A stretch of DNA of 64,000 nucleotides from Nitrospira japonica. Its GTDB lineage: Bacteria > Nitrospirota > Thermodesulfovibrionia > Thermodesulfovibrionales > SM23-35. Both the position numbers and the translations under genes were made by a program. Under the pieces are notes generated by a model that saw nothing but the letters and a program-made list of their open reading frames with translations, ran no database searches and was not told where the DNA came from. Position 1 is the stretch's first letter; each line of letters starts with the position of its first letter. Where the stretch lies: the NCBI GenBank assembly GCA_020725385.1, contig DYFC01000034.1, positions 88,007-152,006 on the forward strand, written 5' to 3'. Positions 61,691 to 64,000 of this stretch are shown here, one piece after another.

Positions 61691-63775
61691 ATGAATACTA
61701 AATTTTTCATAGGTTTCCTTATTATTTTATTTTCTATACCTAATATGTTGATTGCAGATGAACATAATTTAATCCAGCCTTCAATAAACAAAAAAACTAA
61801 AAAAAATCCTTTCGGAAAAGATAAAGAAACAATACAGGTTTCAAGTTTTAAGAACAAAGAGAACGCTCTGAATTTTCTTAGTGCTTTAAAAAAACAGGGC
61901 AAAGTAGCGATTCTTAAAAAGGAAATCGATAAATCAGGAAAGACTATATATAGAGTTTTTATAAGAAAAGAAAATAATAGTGAAAAAATAATTAGTAAAT
62001 CGAATAATTACCGGGAATCTGTTTCAAGTTCTAAATTAGAAAATGCAAATATTTCAGATTCGGTAGATTTAATAAAAAAGATTGAATATAAAATTGCCGA
62101 TAATACATCCAAAGATATTGTTGCTTCATATAATGTATTTGAGACCATAGAAGAAGCTGATTATTTTGCAAATCAGATACGCCTGAGCGGTTTCAAACCA
62201 AAAATTATAAGCAGAGTAACAAATGAAAATAAAGTACTATATTCTGTTTTTGCAGAAAAAATTATAGAAGAAAAGAAGCCTTCAATCTCAGAAGATAAAT
62301 TTCCATCTCTTACAAAAGAAATACCAGCCCAACAGCAAGAAAAGCCTTTAGAAAGAGATATTATAAAATCAGAAATTCAGGGAAAAGATATTCTTGAAAT
62401 GCAAAAAGCAGAAGCAGAATTAAAGACGAAATTAGAAACATCTACTTTATCACCTATTGAAACAAAGACACTCAATCCGGAAACATCGGCTGCTTTACCT
62501 ATAAATGAAACCTTACCAGTTCAAGATAAAAATCTCTCTGAAAAAGAAGAACCCCCGATAGGAACAACAAAAGAAAAGAAGATAGCAGCTTCTGAGTTAT
62601 TTGGGAGAAGAGGCGGTTATATACACCCTTTCTTTGCTATAACAGAATATTATACCGATAATGTTTATAATTCAAGGAATGACAAAGAAAGCGATTTCGT
62701 TACAATTTTATCTCCCGGCATCTGGATGACCCTCCCCCATATTTATGAAAAACTTCTACTTGCTGAAACATCAATAATGTCTCCAGGTGGATTTAGCCTT
62801 AGCAGATACAAACCTGAAACATTCAGACGTTACCAGACTTATCTATTTTATAATGCTGATATTGAACTCTACTCAAAAGACTCGTCAGGCAATATCGTTA
62901 ACCATAAAGCTGAAGGTTTTTTCCAGTATAATTTAAGAGGTGGTTTAACTTTTGAATTTATTGACCAATATCTTGCCTCACATGACTTAAGAGGAACGGG
63001 GATATCCGGAAAACTTGATAAATTCAGAACGAATCTCGCCAATTTAAATATTATGTATAATTCTTCAGATCGTCTTAATTTTAGGGTAGATTACGCAAAT
63101 TATCTTGTTAATTACACAGCTTCAAGGAATGATTTTAGAGATCGCATTGATAATTCATTGTCTGCATATGTTTTTTATAAATTTAAACCAAAGACATCTT
63201 TATTTTATGAATATGAATTTGTTGACATAAGTTATGATGATAATATAATTTCTGATAGCAAAGAACATCACAACTTTTTGGGTATCCAGTGGGATATTAC
63301 TGCAAAATCAAAAGGAAGTATTAAAGCAGGTTATGGATTTAAGAATTTCTCTTCTTCAGATGTTGAAGACGATAACGAGTTTATTCTTGAAGCTCAGGTT
63401 GACCATAAAATTACCGGTAAAACATCGATAATACTGAAAGCTTCAAGAAAAACCAATGAATCTAATATTTCTACGATGAATTATATGACTTCAGACTATT
63501 TTCAGATTGATTATCTTCAAAAAATAACAGGTAAAATAACCGGCAATGCTTCTTTCTCATATGGAAGAAATATATATGATGGTAAACTAACGTTAAATGG
63601 AATAACCAAAAAACTTAGGGATAATTATATAACAGGACTAATAGCCCTTCAATATAAATTCAAGGAATGGCTTGAAATGGATGCAGGCTATATTTTAAAT
63701 AAAAGAGAATCCACTTTTTCTGATTTTGACTATACTACCAACATTGTTTTTATCAAATTATTGGGGACATTGTAA
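61691..63775 (+). CDS. SPOR-domain plus outer-membrane beta-barrel protein (polysaccharide-export-associated type)
   Basis: IQVSSFKNKENA SPOR motif, low-complexity linker, YTDNVY...SDF barrel start. Confidence 0.7.
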   Translation: MNTKFFIGFLIILFSIPNMLIADEHNLIQPSINKKTKKNPFGKDKETIQVSSFKNKENALNFLSALKKQGKVAILKKEIDKSGKTIYRVFIRKENNSEKIISKSNNYRESVSSSKLENANISDSVDLIKKIEYKIADNTSKDIVASYNVFETIEEADYFANQIRLSGFKPKIISRVTNENKVLYSVFAEKIIEEKKPSISEDKFPSLTKEIPAQQQEKPLERDIIKSEIQGKDILEMQKAEAELKTKLETSTLSPIETKTLNPETSAALPINETLPVQDKNLSEKEEPPIGTTKEKKIAASELFGRRGGYIHPFFAITEYYTDNVYNSRNDKESDFVTILSPGIWMTLPHIYEKLLLAETSIMSPGGFSLSRYKPETFRRYQTYLFYNADIELYSKDSSGNIVNHKAEGFFQYNLRGGLTFEFIDQYLASHDLRGTGISGKLDKFRTNLANLNIMYNSSDRLNFRVDYANYLVNYTASRNDFRDRIDNSLSAYVFYKFKPKTSLFYEYEFVDISYDDNIISDSKEHHNFLGIQWDITAKSKGSIKAGYGFKNFSSSDVEDDNEFILEAQVDHKITGKTSIILKASRKTNESNISTMNYMTSDYFQIDYLQKITGKITGNASFSYGRNIYDGKLTLNGITKKLRDNYITGLIALQYKFKEWLEMDAGYILNKRESTFSDFDYTTNIVFIKLLGTL

Positions 63776-64000
63776 ATTATCTTTATATATCTTCATTTTA
63801 AAATTGCATTTTTATAGTTAACCCGAAAAATGGATTTAAAATAATGCAGATGTCGGGAAAAAATTTATTTTTCGAGACCTTAGTGTACGTTTAAAGATGA
63901 TTTACCATGAACTTTTTTATTCATTGCAAATAAAGATCTTTTAATATAAAAATCATCGAGTTAAATAAATTTTTGAGCAATGTCTGCATTATTTGGGTTA

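Overview
AT-rich bacterial chromosomal segment from an anaerobe. Gene content suggests a Thermodesulfovibrionia/Nitrospirota- or Desulfobacterota-like organism; this is inference, not database-checked. In order: USP and stress genes; hydrogenase maturation genes hypA-hypB-hypF-hypD...hypE, with no hypC and interrupted by a GT2/methyltransferase/GT-C-TPR cassette and a small AcsC-like Fe-S protein; pdxJ; a ~9 kb minus-strand multiheme cytochrome cluster (5 cytochromes with 44 CxxCH plus 1 CxxxCH, an OmcE-like tetraheme, two NHL beta-propeller lipoproteins and an outer-membrane barrel with a Met-Ser-Ser repeat); rfbB, cstA and an ABC exporter; a ~9.3 kb type I restriction-modification island (hsdM, Fic, REP-associated tyrosine transposase, hsdS, four-helix-bundle gene, hsdR, M48 peptidase); tgt, a CDF transporter, tyrS, PilZ, NUDIX, a GAF kinase and beta-carbonic anhydrase; rnfCDGEAB; hemH-hemE-ahbD-like; hflX; a RACo-type ASKHA ATPase; larC; a SPOR/beta-barrel protein. 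Highlights: (1) degenerate 7-mer and 9-mer tandem-repeat hairpins that flank the four-helix-bundle gene and also sit in frame inside hsdS, hsdR and probably hypF; (2) a putative OmcE-type nanowire/porin-cytochrome locus; (3) rnfB with an in-frame UGA at a conserved Cys followed by an fdhF-like SECIS hairpin; (4) hflX apparently using a non-AUG start; (5) a RAYT frameshifted in an (AT)n tract and carrying a REP inside its own ORF. No rRNA, tRNA or CRISPR array was recognised.
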